From contig JBAXJR010000001.1 of the NCBI GenBank assembly GCA_037137755.1, positions 32,001-96,000 on the forward strand: a stretch of 64,000 nt of DNA, read 5' to 3'. How positions within the stretch are numbered: the first letter of the stretch is position 1; each line of letters begins with the position of its first letter. This DNA is from Methanomicrobiales archaeon. GTDB taxonomy: Archaea > Halobacteriota > Methanomicrobia > Methanomicrobiales > Methanospirillaceae. This document shows, piece by piece, positions 39,629 to 49,828 of the stretch. The position numbers and the translations under genes are program-made. The notes under the pieces are model-generated. The model did no database searches and was not told the origin of the DNA. It saw only the letters and a list, made by a program, of their open reading frames with translations.

Positions 39629-40786
39629 ATGAACGGTTCATACAAAATCGGTTCGCTGTTCGGGGTTCCCATCTATATCCACTGGACTTTCCTGATCGTG
39701 ATCCCACTCTTCGCCTGGATCATCGGGACCCAGATTGCTATTACTGTCGGACTCATTACAAACTCCTACAATCTGGCATTTGGCTGGTTTCATCCGTTTG
39801 CAGTCGATACCTCGTTTTTCTCTCTCGGGTTGTATTCATATCTCCTGGGTGCCCTGATATCAATCGGTCTTTTTGTCGGGGTACTGTTCCATGAAATGGC
39901 CCACTCGTTACTCGCCAGAAAATACGGGCTTAAGATAAACAACATTACCCTCCTCATCTTCGGGGGCATCTCCTCAATAGAGGAAGGTACACCTGACCCG
40001 GGAGTAGAGCTCCCGGTTGCACTGGCAGGACCTCTTATGAGCCTCGTTATTGCAGTCCTATGTTCCGGGATCGCGTATGCCGCGGATGTTGCCATAGCGG
40101 ACCGGGTTATTGCGGGGACTCTGGTCTTCTTCTTCGGTTATCTGGGCCTGCTTAACTTTATCCTCTTCGTATTCAACCTGCTCCCGGCGTTTCCGATGGA
40201 CGGGGGCAGGGTCCTTCGTGCTTGGCTTGCAAAGTCGAAACCTCTCCCGGAAGCGACCCGGATTGCTGCGAACATAGGAAAGGGATTTGCCGTGGTGTTT
40301 GGTATTTTTGCCGTCATCACCTTCAGCCCAATCCTGGTCATTATCGCGGTGTTTATTTATCTCGGTGCAAGCCAGGAGTCCAATGCAATGCGCTATAAAT
40401 TCCTCCTCCAGGATGTTACCGTTGGGGACATGATGTCAAAACCCGTCATGAGTGTCCCGTTGAATATGCCTGTACGGGAAGTCATTGAACTGATGTACGG
40501 GAGCAAACATCTCGGGTTCCCGGTCGTGGACCGTGGGGTGCTTGTCGGCATGATCACGGTAGTAGATGTACATAAGATGCGTCCGCTTGACCGTGAGGCC
40601 ATGCAGGTGCGGGATGTCATGTCGAGGGACCCGTTCTCCCTCCCTCCCGGGGCGCCGGTCGAAGATGCACTCCGTATCATGTCGGTACAAAACATTGGTC
40701 ATATCCCTGTTATCGAAAACAGGGAACTAATCGGGATCGTCACCAGGGAGGATATCATGAAGGTGATCGAGTTGAAAGAGATGTAA
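39629..40786 (+). CDS. Site-2 protease (M50) with tandem CBS domains
   Basis: HEMAH, AGP, FNLLPAFPMDGGR, two CBS repeats. Confidence 0.93.
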   Translation: MNGSYKIGSLFGVPIYIHWTFLIVIPLFAWIIGTQIAITVGLITNSYNLAFGWFHPFAVDTSFFSLGLYSYLLGALISIGLFVGVLFHEMAHSLLARKYGLKINNITLLIFGGISSIEEGTPDPGVELPVALAGPLMSLVIAVLCSGIAYAADVAIADRVIAGTLVFFFGYLGLLNFILFVFNLLPAFPMDGGRVLRAWLAKSKPLPEATRIAANIGKGFAVVFGIFAVITFSPILVIIAVFIYLGASQESNAMRYKFLLQDVTVGDMMSKPVMSVPLNMPVREVIELMYGSKHLGFPVVDRGVLVGMITVVDVHKMRPLDREAMQVRDVMSRDPFSLPPGAPVEDALRIMSVQNIGHIPVIENRELIGIVTREDIMKVIELKEM

Positions 40787-40852
40787 CGGTTCATTTTTCC
40801 GGAAACAAAGGATCTTTATACCCGACACTTCCGCCAGCTATCGCTTCATGAG

Positions 40853-42499
40853 CTATTCAAATACCATCAGGTGGTCGAGTGCAGTCACTCCTGCGATTGT
40901 TCTGAATGAATCAGATGAATCAAAGGGGCGTTTCGCTGCAACCATCGCCGCCTTTTTCTTACCTAATCCCGGCAGCCACTTCAGTGCAGAAACTGGCAGG
41001 TGGTTGATGTCCACCGGCACCGGCAATGCAGTCAGGGATCTCATGCCAAAATCAACAACCGCTGCATCTATCACCGTGCCGGGGGTTAAAATGGAGGGGA
41101 TTCCTATGAGGATCGGGTATGACCCCATCTGCCGCCCGAAGGATACCGGGCCCTGTATTTCAATCAGGACGTCCCGGAACACGGTGCCGATCGGGAAAAC
41201 ACGTTCGAGCATGGGGCGGTCGAACGTTGTCCTGACAAATTCTTTAAAAGCCCTGAATTTCGAATCGTAGAGACCAATCGTGTTGTGTTCATATGCCCGG
41301 GTACCAGGGAATGGCATCAGTTGCCGAACGTTCACCCGCCTAACAAGGCACCTGCTCTGCAATACCCCGCGGAGGAATTGCTGGTTACATTCAAAGGTAG
41401 TCTTCGTCTCTCCGGGAAGGCCGCTGATGAAATTGAGGCCTGGGAGAAGTTCAGGGATACCTGCCTTCCTCTTTGCACCGACTGCATTAACGATACGGAT
41501 TGCTTCCATTACCTCCTCCGGACTGGCTTTCAGGTTGTTTATCCTGACTACTTCAGGGTCGGCAGTTTCCATCCCGAATGCTGCGACATCACCGGGAGTA
41601 TGGTACCTTGTGATTACCGAGAGCGCCTCCAGGCTCTCCTCCGGGTGACGTGCGATGGTTCCCGGGTTGATATTGTCAATATGCAGGGTTTTGAGTTCCG
41701 GGGCCATCCCCCGTATCCCGGAAAAAAGTGTCCGGAGTGCACCGGGGTCAGGGGCTGGAAATTCACCCCTGCCAGACTGGTAGGTAAGAAGATCAGGTTG
41801 CCGGCCTAACCGAAAATGCCTTGCTCCGGCTTTATACAGGGATCCAACTTCATCGATGACCCCCTGCGCCGGACGGTATACAGGCGGGCCATAGAACGGC
41901 TCAGTGCAGAATGAACAACCTCCCGTCTCCTCGTGTGCACAACCCCTCGCTGTCTCGAGTTCGCACATAATATGGGGGAAGGAAGGATGTTTTTTAATGA
42001 TATCGCTCCCGAGAATGCTCCACCTGTCGGAGAGAGTATAATTTACACTACCTTCAGGTCTGCCCCCGTTGAGGTGTGAATGGAGTGCCTCGGCGGATGA
42101 CCCCGTAAGAAGGTGATCAAACCCTGATATCGCCTGTTTTATTGCCTTTTCACCTCCACCGGGTGAATACCCGAACCCAATCGGTCCCCCGATATATTTC
42201 TCCGGTCCCCGTATCTGCAGCCCGATTTGCTGTATTTCCGTAAGGGTGGCCGGGGTGCCGCCAAGATATTTACCCGGGACGGTAACACCCGCGATCATTA
42301 CCATGACGCCGGCTTTTGAAATTGAGGGGAAGAGGCTCGGTTCAACCCTTACCTGGTCAATTGTGCAAAAACTGACCTGGTATTCCTGCTCTTTCAGGAC
42401 ACCGGCAACAGTCCTGATGTAGGGGGAGATATAAGGTGGGACGCCGAGACACGCGGGTTCGTCTACGTACCCGTCAATTATCCATGCTTCAGCAGGCAT
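40853..42499 (-). CDS. Orphan radical SAM protein (COG1031-like) with C-terminal TRAM-like and HhH regions
   Basis: [29 protein letters not shown]-x7-[33 protein letters not shown]. Confidence 0.85.
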   Translation of the reverse strand: MPAEAWIIDGYVDEPACLGVPPYISPYIRTVAGVLKEQEYQVSFCTIDQVRVEPSLFPSISKAGVMVMIAGVTVPGKYLGGTPATLTEIQQIGLQIRGPEKYIGGPIGFGYSPGGGEKAIKQAISGFDHLLTGSSAEALHSHLNGGRPEGSVNYTLSDRWSILGSDIIKKHPSFPHIMCELETARGCAHEETGGCSFCTEPFYGPPVYRPAQGVIDEVGSLYKAGARHFRLGRQPDLLTYQSGRGEFPAPDPGALRTLFSGIRGMAPELKTLHIDNINPGTIARHPEESLEALSVITRYHTPGDVAAFGMETADPEVVRINNLKASPEEVMEAIRIVNAVGAKRKAGIPELLPGLNFISGLPGETKTTFECNQQFLRGVLQSRCLVRRVNVRQLMPFPGTRAYEHNTIGLYDSKFRAFKEFVRTTFDRPMLERVFPIGTVFRDVLIEIQGPVSFGRQMGSYPILIGIPSILTPGTVIDAAVVDFGMRSLTALPVPVDINHLPVSALKWLPGLGKKKAAMVAAKRPFDSSDSFRTIAGVTALDHLMVFE

Positions 42500-43109
42500 A
42501 TCCGAGCAGTGCCAGTAATTTCCGTGCCCAGATCAGCTTACCGCGTTTGATTGGGTCGACCGAAGGGTCATCACAGTCAAATCCTATGAGCGTAACATGG
42601 GATGCTCTGAGTTCATCAGCTGCGAATACGGCCCTGTCGCCGTCAGAAAATCCGCCAAAATTGTACACATTCTGGATGGGCGTACTCTGGGTCGTCCCGA
42701 CGACCGGTCCGATGAACCGGGGCACCCAGTACTGTACCAGGTGCCGGTTGTCACCATGGGCATGGATAACAATGATCGTCCCTTTCCAGTTCATGTCCTG
42801 GTAACGTTCATCCGCCCCATCAAGGTCTGAAAAAATTACATCAGGCCTGATACTATGGTCCAGCAATACGAGGGCTGCAGCATCCGCAGCAAACACGGTA
42901 CCGTCAATCCGGTCCAGCTCCCGGCTGAGGTTCGGTCCATTCCCGCAGACCGTTACCTTCTTTCCAGTGCAACATCCCCTGAGCTGTTCAATATCATCCC
43001 GTATCAGGAGATTCTGGAGGAATAATGCGCACTCTTCATCAGATTTCCGGTCAAAAGAGAAGTATGCGAGGATCTCCTCATATAAAGGCTCCCAATCTTT
43101 AAATTTCAT
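42489..43109 (-). CDS. mptE: 6-hydroxymethyl-7,8-dihydropterin pyrophosphokinase MptE
   Basis: WEPLYEEI..F.F, VCGNGP.L, AADAA, SDLDG, HAHGDN, NFGGFSDGDRA, K..KL.WA. True start MKFKDW overlaps the upstream stop. Confidence 0.88.
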   Translation of the reverse strand: MKFKDWEPLYEEILAYFSFDRKSDEECALFLQNLLIRDDIEQLRGCCTGKKVTVCGNGPNLSRELDRIDGTVFAADAAALVLLDHSIRPDVIFSDLDGADERYQDMNWKGTIIVIHAHGDNRHLVQYWVPRFIGPVVGTTQSTPIQNVYNFGGFSDGDRAVFAADELRASHVTLIGFDCDDPSVDPIKRGKLIWARKLLALLGYAC

Positions 43110-44562
43110 TTTTAGCCTCGTTTTCAAGTCCCACGATATCAGTAAATTTCCGGAGGACCGGATCGATGATAAGGGAAAGGAGCTCGTCCTTGTTTTCAGC
43201 CCTTGAGAAGAAGGTGAGCGGGATGGTGGCGGCCGCCATATTCGGGTGGCCCCCGGCCTCACCAATATCTCCGAATGCCTCGGCAAGTACGTTGCCAATA
43301 TGAAGCCGAATGTCGCGGTTTCTCACCGACATGATGATCGCCTCGTCAGTGATACCATACACAAGGGCGGTGTTGACCCCTTCCAGGTTGATCAGGAGGT
43401 CAGCTGCCTGGGGGAGGGTATCACGGTTCCGGACGTACCCGACATTTGAGAACAGATAGCCACTCCTGATTTTCCTGTTCCTTATTGCAGAGCCGAGGAC
43501 ATCCAGGGTCTCCTGTGAGAGTGACGGGGACATAATTTTATCTAACAGGTCTGCGTCGGTAAGGGGGAGAAGGAAGGCTGCATAACTCATGTCCTGCGGG
43601 GTAATATTCCGTTTGAAATCCTTTGTGTCCGATCTGATACCATAGAGAAGTCCGGTCGCAACGGGTTTATCTACCGGGATGTCAAGTTCCTGAAGGTACT
43701 GGGTGAGAATACTTGCAGTCGCTCCAAGACCCGGCCTGATATCCACAAACCCGGCTGTAGCCTCGCTGTGCATCCCGTCCTTGTGGTGGTCAAGGATAAT
43801 GTCCACGTGGGTCCTCGGGGAGAGTGAATTGTTGATGCCTGGCCCGGCACAATCGACAAGCGCAAGGTAATTGCATTCCTGCACCATCTGCGGGGTCATC
43901 CGCTCCATCCTGATCTCGAGAAGGTTGACCATGGTGCGGTTTTCCTGGTGGCCGATGACACCCTCGTAAAATATCCGGCATTCCAGTTTCTCCGGGTTTG
44001 CGTTGCGTGCTATTGCCGCGAGCGCCATGGCACTGGATATCGCATCGGGATCCGGGTTTTTATGAGTGATAATCCCAAGAGTGCCTTCCCATCCGGCAAG
44101 CATGGCATAGAGCCTCTGCGAGATCTTATTTGCATGTAATTTATTTATCTGGAAAAGGGCATTTCTGGCAATGAGCTGTGGTGGGTAAAACACAAACTCG
44201 GCTCCGGCAGCTTCGAGTGCAACCATTCCGATAGGGTCCACCGCACGGGCAACAACGTGTGCGGCAGGGTACCGCATTTTTATTGCCCGGACTGCTGAAA
44301 GGTTGGTTTCGTGGTCCCCGGTCAGGACAAAGGCGATCTCGAATTCAGGGATACCCAGCAGGAGTCCCTGGTCGCGGAATTCTTTTTTTATTGCATCAAT
44401 ATGCCTGTCACGCAGTTCTTTTACGCGTTGCTCATCACGGTCTATCACGAGGAGCCCCGCATTTTCCTTCTGGAGTTCCACGATGATATTGTACCCTGTA
44501 ATTCCTGCCCCGAATACGGCGTATTTTACCCGCGGGGCAGGTTGCTGCGTGACATCTGCCAT
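43099..44562 (-). CDS. TrkA-N (RCK/NAD-binding) fused DHH/DHHA1 phosphoesterase
   Basis: GAGITG Rossmann motif, HKNPDPDAISS, IGHQEN, ILDHH, GIRSDT, AGGH..MAAA. Confidence 0.9.
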   Translation of the reverse strand: MADVTQQPAPRVKYAVFGAGITGYNIIVELQKENAGLLVIDRDEQRVKELRDRHIDAIKKEFRDQGLLLGIPEFEIAFVLTGDHETNLSAVRAIKMRYPAAHVVARAVDPIGMVALEAAGAEFVFYPPQLIARNALFQINKLHANKISQRLYAMLAGWEGTLGIITHKNPDPDAISSAMALAAIARNANPEKLECRIFYEGVIGHQENRTMVNLLEIRMERMTPQMVQECNYLALVDCAGPGINNSLSPRTHVDIILDHHKDGMHSEATAGFVDIRPGLGATASILTQYLQELDIPVDKPVATGLLYGIRSDTKDFKRNITPQDMSYAAFLLPLTDADLLDKIMSPSLSQETLDVLGSAIRNRKIRSGYLFSNVGYVRNRDTLPQAADLLINLEGVNTALVYGITDEAIIMSVRNRDIRLHIGNVLAEAFGDIGEAGGHPNMAAATIPLTFFSRAENKDELLSLIIDPVLRKFTDIVGLENEAKNEI

Positions 44563-44715
44563 GTACAAAACAATGCAACGCGTCAGGATATTAAGTTTGA
44601 TACACGAACTGACTGATTCCTGCAATTCTCTTTACCAGTAGAGACCAGGGCAAAAGTAAAAGGTAATACGAAAGTTTTATTCGAGAGGATAGACCACTAT
44701 ATTGAGTCACTTCGC

Positions 44716-44789
44716 GGGCTTGTAGCTTAGTTCGGTAGAGCGACAGACTCTTAATCTGTAGGTCAAGGGTTCAAATCCCTTCAGGCCCG
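44716..44789 (+). tRNA. tRNA-Lys(CTT), intronless, CCA not encoded
   Basis: Acceptor GGGCTTG/CAGGCCC plus G discriminator, D-arm GCTT..GAGC, anticodon arm ACAGA-CTCTTAA-TCTGT, T-arm AAGGG-TTCAAAT-CCCTT. Confidence 0.97.
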
Positions 44790-45186
44790 CTTGTTTTCAT
44801 TCCATTTCTTCAATGTTCCGCGTCTGTGGTCACGTGGATTGTAAGGCCTTTTCAGCAATTAAAACGTGAAAAATATTGCATAATCCTTGAGCACAAAACC
44901 CCGCCCATGAATGAGAAAGGGGTAACAATAAGGAGAAGATAGTGAGCCAGGTCCAACTACATTTCATTCATCTCTATTGAATTACATCAGACGTTTGGCA
45001 TTTTCACCTTTCACCATTGAGAGCTTATCTGCAACCTTCTCTATCAATGTGCAATGACGTCCCTTAAACAAAATATATACGGAAAAAGCCCTAACCGAAA
45101 AGTACTGATAGACATGGTAAATCGGTGATAGAAAAAGAATTAATTATTCGTGAATGCTGTCCGGCATTCATCTCCTGCGGGTATTT

Positions 45187-45570
45187 TTATTCTGAAATAT
45201 AGTCCCGTAACTGCTTGATCATCTTCAACTGGTTGTTTGCTTCAGCAATTTTATCCCGCTCAATACGGTCCATAATTTCGCTGATCGGTAGGGCGAGTTT
45301 ATAAATTTTTACAGGTCTCCCTTTATTTTCAGCCTTGTTTTCCCTGCTTTCAACCCATTTCTGCTCCATCATGGCCGTCATCGCAATGCTCACTTCAGGT
45401 TGCCTGAGGTCAGTACCGCGTTCGATATCCCGCGATGTGGCTTCCGGGGTGTTTGCAAGATAGACAAGGACTTTTGAAACGTTCCGCTTAGTCCCGATTC
45501 TGGTGAGAAGATCTGCAAATTCTTCTTCCCGCTGTGTAAAGTACAGCACATTTTTGGATTTCATCAACAT
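45187..45570 (-). CDS. Winged-helix transcriptional regulator (COG4738-like)
   Basis: SRDIERGTDLRQPEVSIAM HTH and KGRPVKIY wing. Confidence 0.85.
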   Translation of the reverse strand: MLMKSKNVLYFTQREEEFADLLTRIGTKRNVSKVLVYLANTPEATSRDIERGTDLRQPEVSIAMTAMMEQKWVESRENKAENKGRPVKIYKLALPISEIMDRIERDKIAEANNQLKMIKQLRDYISE

Positions 45571-45697
45571 CTCCCGGTGTGTTGTATATGTATTTTCAAA
45601 TTATATATAAAAATATTATTATTCTGATCTGGATAATCGGGTAGAAATGAATAATTTCATGTTTAAACCGGAAAAATTAAAACAAAAATAATAAGGT

Positions 45698-46264
45698 TTA
45701 GCTTGAAAGGAGGCCGAGATTTGTCAGGTCTGATACGATCTTCAGGACTGCAGCCCGGGCATCTTCGGGTTGTTTTCCCCCGGTAATGATCAGTTTTCCA
45801 GAGCCAAAGAGGAGGACCACTACTTTTGGAACTTCAAGCCGGTATACGAGGCCCGGGAACTGTTCCGGTTCATATTCGATCCGGTCAAGGTTGAACCCTA
45901 CGGCAATCTTGTTCAGGTTAATTCCTGCACCAAGATCTGCCGATGTGACAATATTCTGTATCTTGTAGGTGAGGTCTGTAGGGATATCAATCTTCAGTTC
46001 GCGCAGGAGATTGCCGAGTATTTCAAGACCTGCAGAGAGGCTTTCAACACTTTTTGCCCCGGTCAGAACTACCTTCCCTGACCCGAAGACGAGTGCGGCA
46101 ATTTTGGGGTTCTGCATCCTTATAACGACGCCCGGAAATCGTTTCTTGTTATATTCAGCATCCTTGATATTGGATGCAAGCATGGGAAGATCCAGATAAT
46201 CTGTCACCTTCGCCGAGGCTACAATATTTTCAATTTTGAGAGATTCCTCTGGCCTGACCTTCAT
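45698..46264 (-). CDS. tbp: TATA-box-binding protein
   Basis: Two internal repeats: IENIVAS...FPG...VFGSGKVVLTGAK and IQNIVTS...YEPEQFPGLVYR...LFGSGKLIITGGK. Confidence 0.97.
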   Translation of the reverse strand: MKVRPEESLKIENIVASAKVTDYLDLPMLASNIKDAEYNKKRFPGVVIRMQNPKIAALVFGSGKVVLTGAKSVESLSAGLEILGNLLRELKIDIPTDLTYKIQNIVTSADLGAGINLNKIAVGFNLDRIEYEPEQFPGLVYRLEVPKVVVLLFGSGKLIITGGKQPEDARAAVLKIVSDLTNLGLLSS

Positions 46265-46693
46265 ATTTATAAATGCCACAAAACAGTATATAAACCGTTG
46301 GGTGTTATTTTTCCGGAGACAGAAGGGTTAACCTGGGCTTTAAGATTTGGAAACTTTGGATATTCGATGCATAATCCAACTATTTCATAATTTTGTGTCA
46401 ATATATCAGCTTTTGCCTTAACAAAGTGTACTATAAGCCCCTTTGTTCATAGATTATCAAGAAACACGGGTGGCTTTTCGAATTGTAGCCGGAGTTTTTC
46501 ATACCCGCCCGGTGTAACTATCTGGCAACCGATAAGCACTTCAAAATAAAACTGCTCAAGACCTACGGGGCAGGAGATATGACGAACGTATCATTATTCA
46601 TTAACGAAATGTTCCATTTTTAGGCTTCATACCTGATAAAAAAATATAAATTTTGGTTATAAAAAAAAGATTACAAAGGGATTTATTGTGATA

Positions 46694-47005
46694 TCAGTCA
46701 TACTGGCGCCAGGTGTGGTTGCACTTGCAGCAACGGAAGAACCGTACCTCGCTTTCATCCGCAGCCCTTAACTGTCTCATCCACCAGAATGCAAGGTTAT
46801 TCTCACACTTCGGGCACCGTATCTGGAAGGTGGGGAGCATCGGGATTGAGCCGTCTTCTTCGACAATGACTATCTCCTTCTCGTTTCGCATCGTTTTCTT
46901 CTGCAGCTGATCAGTATCTGATATTTTCCGGTTATACCCGCATTTCCGGCATTTCAGCTGGCCTGCAGAAGCCATAAGAATACTCTTGCACTCAGGACAG
47001 AACAT
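46694..47005 (-). CDS. tfs: Transcription factor S (RpoM family)
   Basis: Two Zn ribbons (CPEC..CRKC, CPKC..CCKC) and RQLRAADES catalytic acidic pair. Confidence 0.93.
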   Translation of the reverse strand: MFCPECKSILMASAGQLKCRKCGYNRKISDTDQLQKKTMRNEKEIVIVEEDGSIPMLPTFQIRCPKCENNLAFWWMRQLRAADESEVRFFRCCKCNHTWRQYD

Positions 47006-47137
47006 CGTTTCATCATGCGCATGCAAACCAGATTAATCCTTGTATCTCCCCATAAATGCTTAAAAAATCTGTAAATATCTGGCGCCAGCCTGTCACATCA
47101 GCATCCTTTTTTTATGGAAAAAGTCAACAGTAAAGGA

Positions 47138-47968
47138 ATGATAGAGTACCTTATCCTCATATCCTGCGTTTTTTTCCTGATCTTTCTCATCCCCACCCGG
47201 TACCGGCAGTACGCGGCTATCGTGGGATGGACGGGAATGGTACTGTTCCTTTTCGCCGAGATCCCCTATTATCTTTCCATCAACAATTTCCTGTACCCGC
47301 TGCTTGCTATACTTTCGGTACCGTTCCTGGTTATTACCGGCCGGTTATTACTCAAATCCGAAATCCGGGTCATGCAGCTTTCGACGGCTGCCGCAGTTGC
47401 ATTCCTGATATATGCACCGTTTGAGTTCATTCCTGCCCTGGGGGACTGGCTTATCTCGGTGGTGGTCGGGGAAGTATTCTGGGTACTGAACGCACTGCAC
47501 TATGATACCGTGCTGGTCGCCTGGGACATGTTCCAACGCTACGGGTACCGTATCCAGATCATTCTCGCCTGCACTGGGATCCAGGGGATTGCCATCATGC
47601 TCGGCGTTGCCTGTGCAGTCCCGTCTGACTGGCGCCAGAAAGTGCTCTCTTTCCTCCTTGTAGTACCGACTATTTATCTCCTTAATATTGCCCGGAATGT
47701 GGCAGTAATTATTGCGTATACTGAACAATGGTTTCCCTACCTGCCTGAAATTGCGGGGAACGGGGAAACTGGGTATGAAAGCTTTTTCTGGGCCCATAAT
47801 GTCATTGCCGAAGGGCTTGCACTGGTCCTGCTTATCGGCATCGCATACGGTTTATTCAGGATCAACCCCGGGCTGGCCGAATTTGCCCGTGACCTGACAG
47901 GAAGATATTACAGAGAGATCTACAGGCTGGCTGGTAAGACGCCCCCCTCTACCCCACCTGTGGAATAA
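47138..47968 (+). CDS. artA: Archaeosortase A
   Basis: Multi-TM protein with catalytic IILACTGIQ, LNIARN and SFFWAHNVI motifs. Confidence 0.9.
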   Translation: MIEYLILISCVFFLIFLIPTRYRQYAAIVGWTGMVLFLFAEIPYYLSINNFLYPLLAILSVPFLVITGRLLLKSEIRVMQLSTAAAVAFLIYAPFEFIPALGDWLISVVVGEVFWVLNALHYDTVLVAWDMFQRYGYRIQIILACTGIQGIAIMLGVACAVPSDWRQKVLSFLLVVPTIYLLNIARNVAVIIAYTEQWFPYLPEIAGNGETGYESFFWAHNVIAEGLALVLLIGIAYGLFRINPGLAEFARDLTGRYYREIYRLAGKTPPSTPPVE

Positions 47969-48980
47969 CAGGATATACCCCGCGGGAGTTAAAAGACAAT
48001 TTTTGTGTCAGTTGAAGACCCCGGATCCCCAACTAAAAGAGACGTATTTCCTATCAATGCAAATTAAATCTTCGTAGAGCGAGGATGGCATTTATTAAAG
48101 CCTGATAAATGCAGTAGCAATTTGTATAAAGGGTGAGAAATAGGATTTAAAGGCCGGATGATGCACCATCAGCCTGTAATGCCACCGTCCTCATACCGGC
48201 ATGGTGCAGTTAAACCAGGTCTGCTATGGCCACGGATCCCGATTAAACGAGGGTATATCAGGGTTGTTTAAAAATGTGGCCGCTAATCTGGTATTGTCTG
48301 AAACTGGCTGGAATAACGGCCCTAACAACACAAAATCCGGGTACCGGCAGGAAGGGGGTTCGTAATACTTTGGGTAATAACAGTTATCCTCCGTATTTTG
48401 GAATAAAGGGGCAGGAATATGGATGAATATTATTTTCTGGTTGACCCGGATAAAAATTGGTGCCCCTTGATTTAGAGGATTAAAATGATTGGATTTTCAA
48501 TTCCGGGCTTTCAATAAAAAATATCAGATAATTATGGTAATTATACCCAACGGGAAAAAACAACACACTATGAATCACACCCGGATCCCTGGACTCAATA
48601 TGTTTTCCATTGGGTAATGGAGCGGTAGAGTAAATGTTCAGTGCGGAGAGGTGCACCGGTGACCGTTCCCGGACCTGGCAGCGATCTGAGTGGGCCGGTT
48701 ATGCACAAACCAATTCTTACTCACTCTTGATTACCCCTGGATAGTACTACGAAGGTTCAAATCCTCTTTATTTTATCAGAATACCCCGCAGATCGCTGTG
48801 GAATAAGGAAGCAGATCTTATCTTAAGATGAACCCTGAACTATGTATACAACAGGAAAACTAGGCGGAGGTGCGAATCATGCCCCATTGCTTGCAGCGGG
48901 GTGCACCGACGCGTTTAGACTTTCGGATTTGTTCTTGATAAAAAAGAAAAACAAAGGAAGTACTATTTGAGTCCTTAATT

Positions 48981-49613
48981 TCAGGAGTAGGTCTTGTGCA
49001 GGTAGAATATCCTCTGCATGGCTGATATGTTGGCGCACACCGCTATGATAATCACAGACAGCCAGATGAACCCGGTGATTCCCCCGAGAAGAATGACCAG
49101 TAGTGTTTCAGGTCGTCCGAAAAAACCGACCCCTTCCAGCGGGTCTTCTATTTTTCCATCAACACGCTCCTTGAACCCGATTTCAGCATAGGTGACCGGT
49201 TTGATAAACGTGTTCATAAGTGAACCGATGATTGCCAAGGCAACAATGCCAAAGTCCACGGCCGGTGTGACCGCTACAAAGCGGCCAAGTATTGCAATCC
49301 CCGAGAGGCCTATGCCGAGCAGTACGAGAGCATCTACATACTTATCGACTATCCAGTCAAAAACCGCGCCGAATTTTGTCTGACGGCCGATTTTCCGTGC
49401 TACACTTCCATCTACGAGGTCGAGGAGTGCCGAAATAAAAAGAAATACGCTTCCAAGAAAGAAATGACGGTCAATAAAGCATATTGCGCAGGCAATCCCG
49501 AATAAGAGGGACAGGAGTGATATCTGGTTCGGGGTGATACCTGTTTTTACAAATATATCTGCGACCGGCTCCAGGTACCCGATAAATCTTGGCCTGAGCG
49601 CGGTAATATTCAT
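48981..49613 (-). CDS. CDP-alcohol phosphatidyltransferase (archaetidylinositol-phosphate synthase/PgsA-like)
   Basis: TPNQIS and DLVDGSVAR....GAVFDWIVD signature (DxxDGxxAR...GxxxDxxxD). Confidence 0.9.
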   Translation of the reverse strand: MNITALRPRFIGYLEPVADIFVKTGITPNQISLLSLLFGIACAICFIDRHFFLGSVFLFISALLDLVDGSVARKIGRQTKFGAVFDWIVDKYVDALVLLGIGLSGIAILGRFVAVTPAVDFGIVALAIIGSLMNTFIKPVTYAEIGFKERVDGKIEDPLEGVGFFGRPETLLVILLGGITGFIWLSVIIIAVCANISAMQRIFYLHKTYS

Positions 49614-49828
49614 GTCCTAATACAGTTGGGATCTCAATATTAATACTTGTTCTTTTACCCATGTTCCGATGAAAAGAAGTGATTTCTGCTATTTCCGGGG
49701 AGGATATCTCCCGGTTTTCCCAGATTTTTTAGTAAGTATTCCTCTCACCATACCTCATGGTTTCTTCTCCCGGGATTGGCTAACTTCTATTATCTTGCAG
49801 GTCGATAACTGGAGCAAGAAGGACCAGT

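Noticed and set aside
43110-43298. Apparent long overlap of the mptE ORF with the DHH gene
   Set aside because: MptE similarity starts at MKFKDW (43109). The upstream part is an alternate-frame artefact.
44790-48766. GGTTCAAATCC at ~48754 as a duplicated tRNA-Lys 3' end (att site) bounding an integrated element
   Set aside because: Only 11 nt match, no acceptor-stem sequence and no integrase. The enclosed genes (tbp, tfs, artA) are core.
47138-49613. Functional link between artA and the phosphatidyltransferase as a PssA for lipid anchoring
   Set aside because: The genes are convergent and 1 kb apart. The motifs look AIP-synthase/PgsA-like rather than PssA, and no PGF-CTERM substrate is evident in the window.
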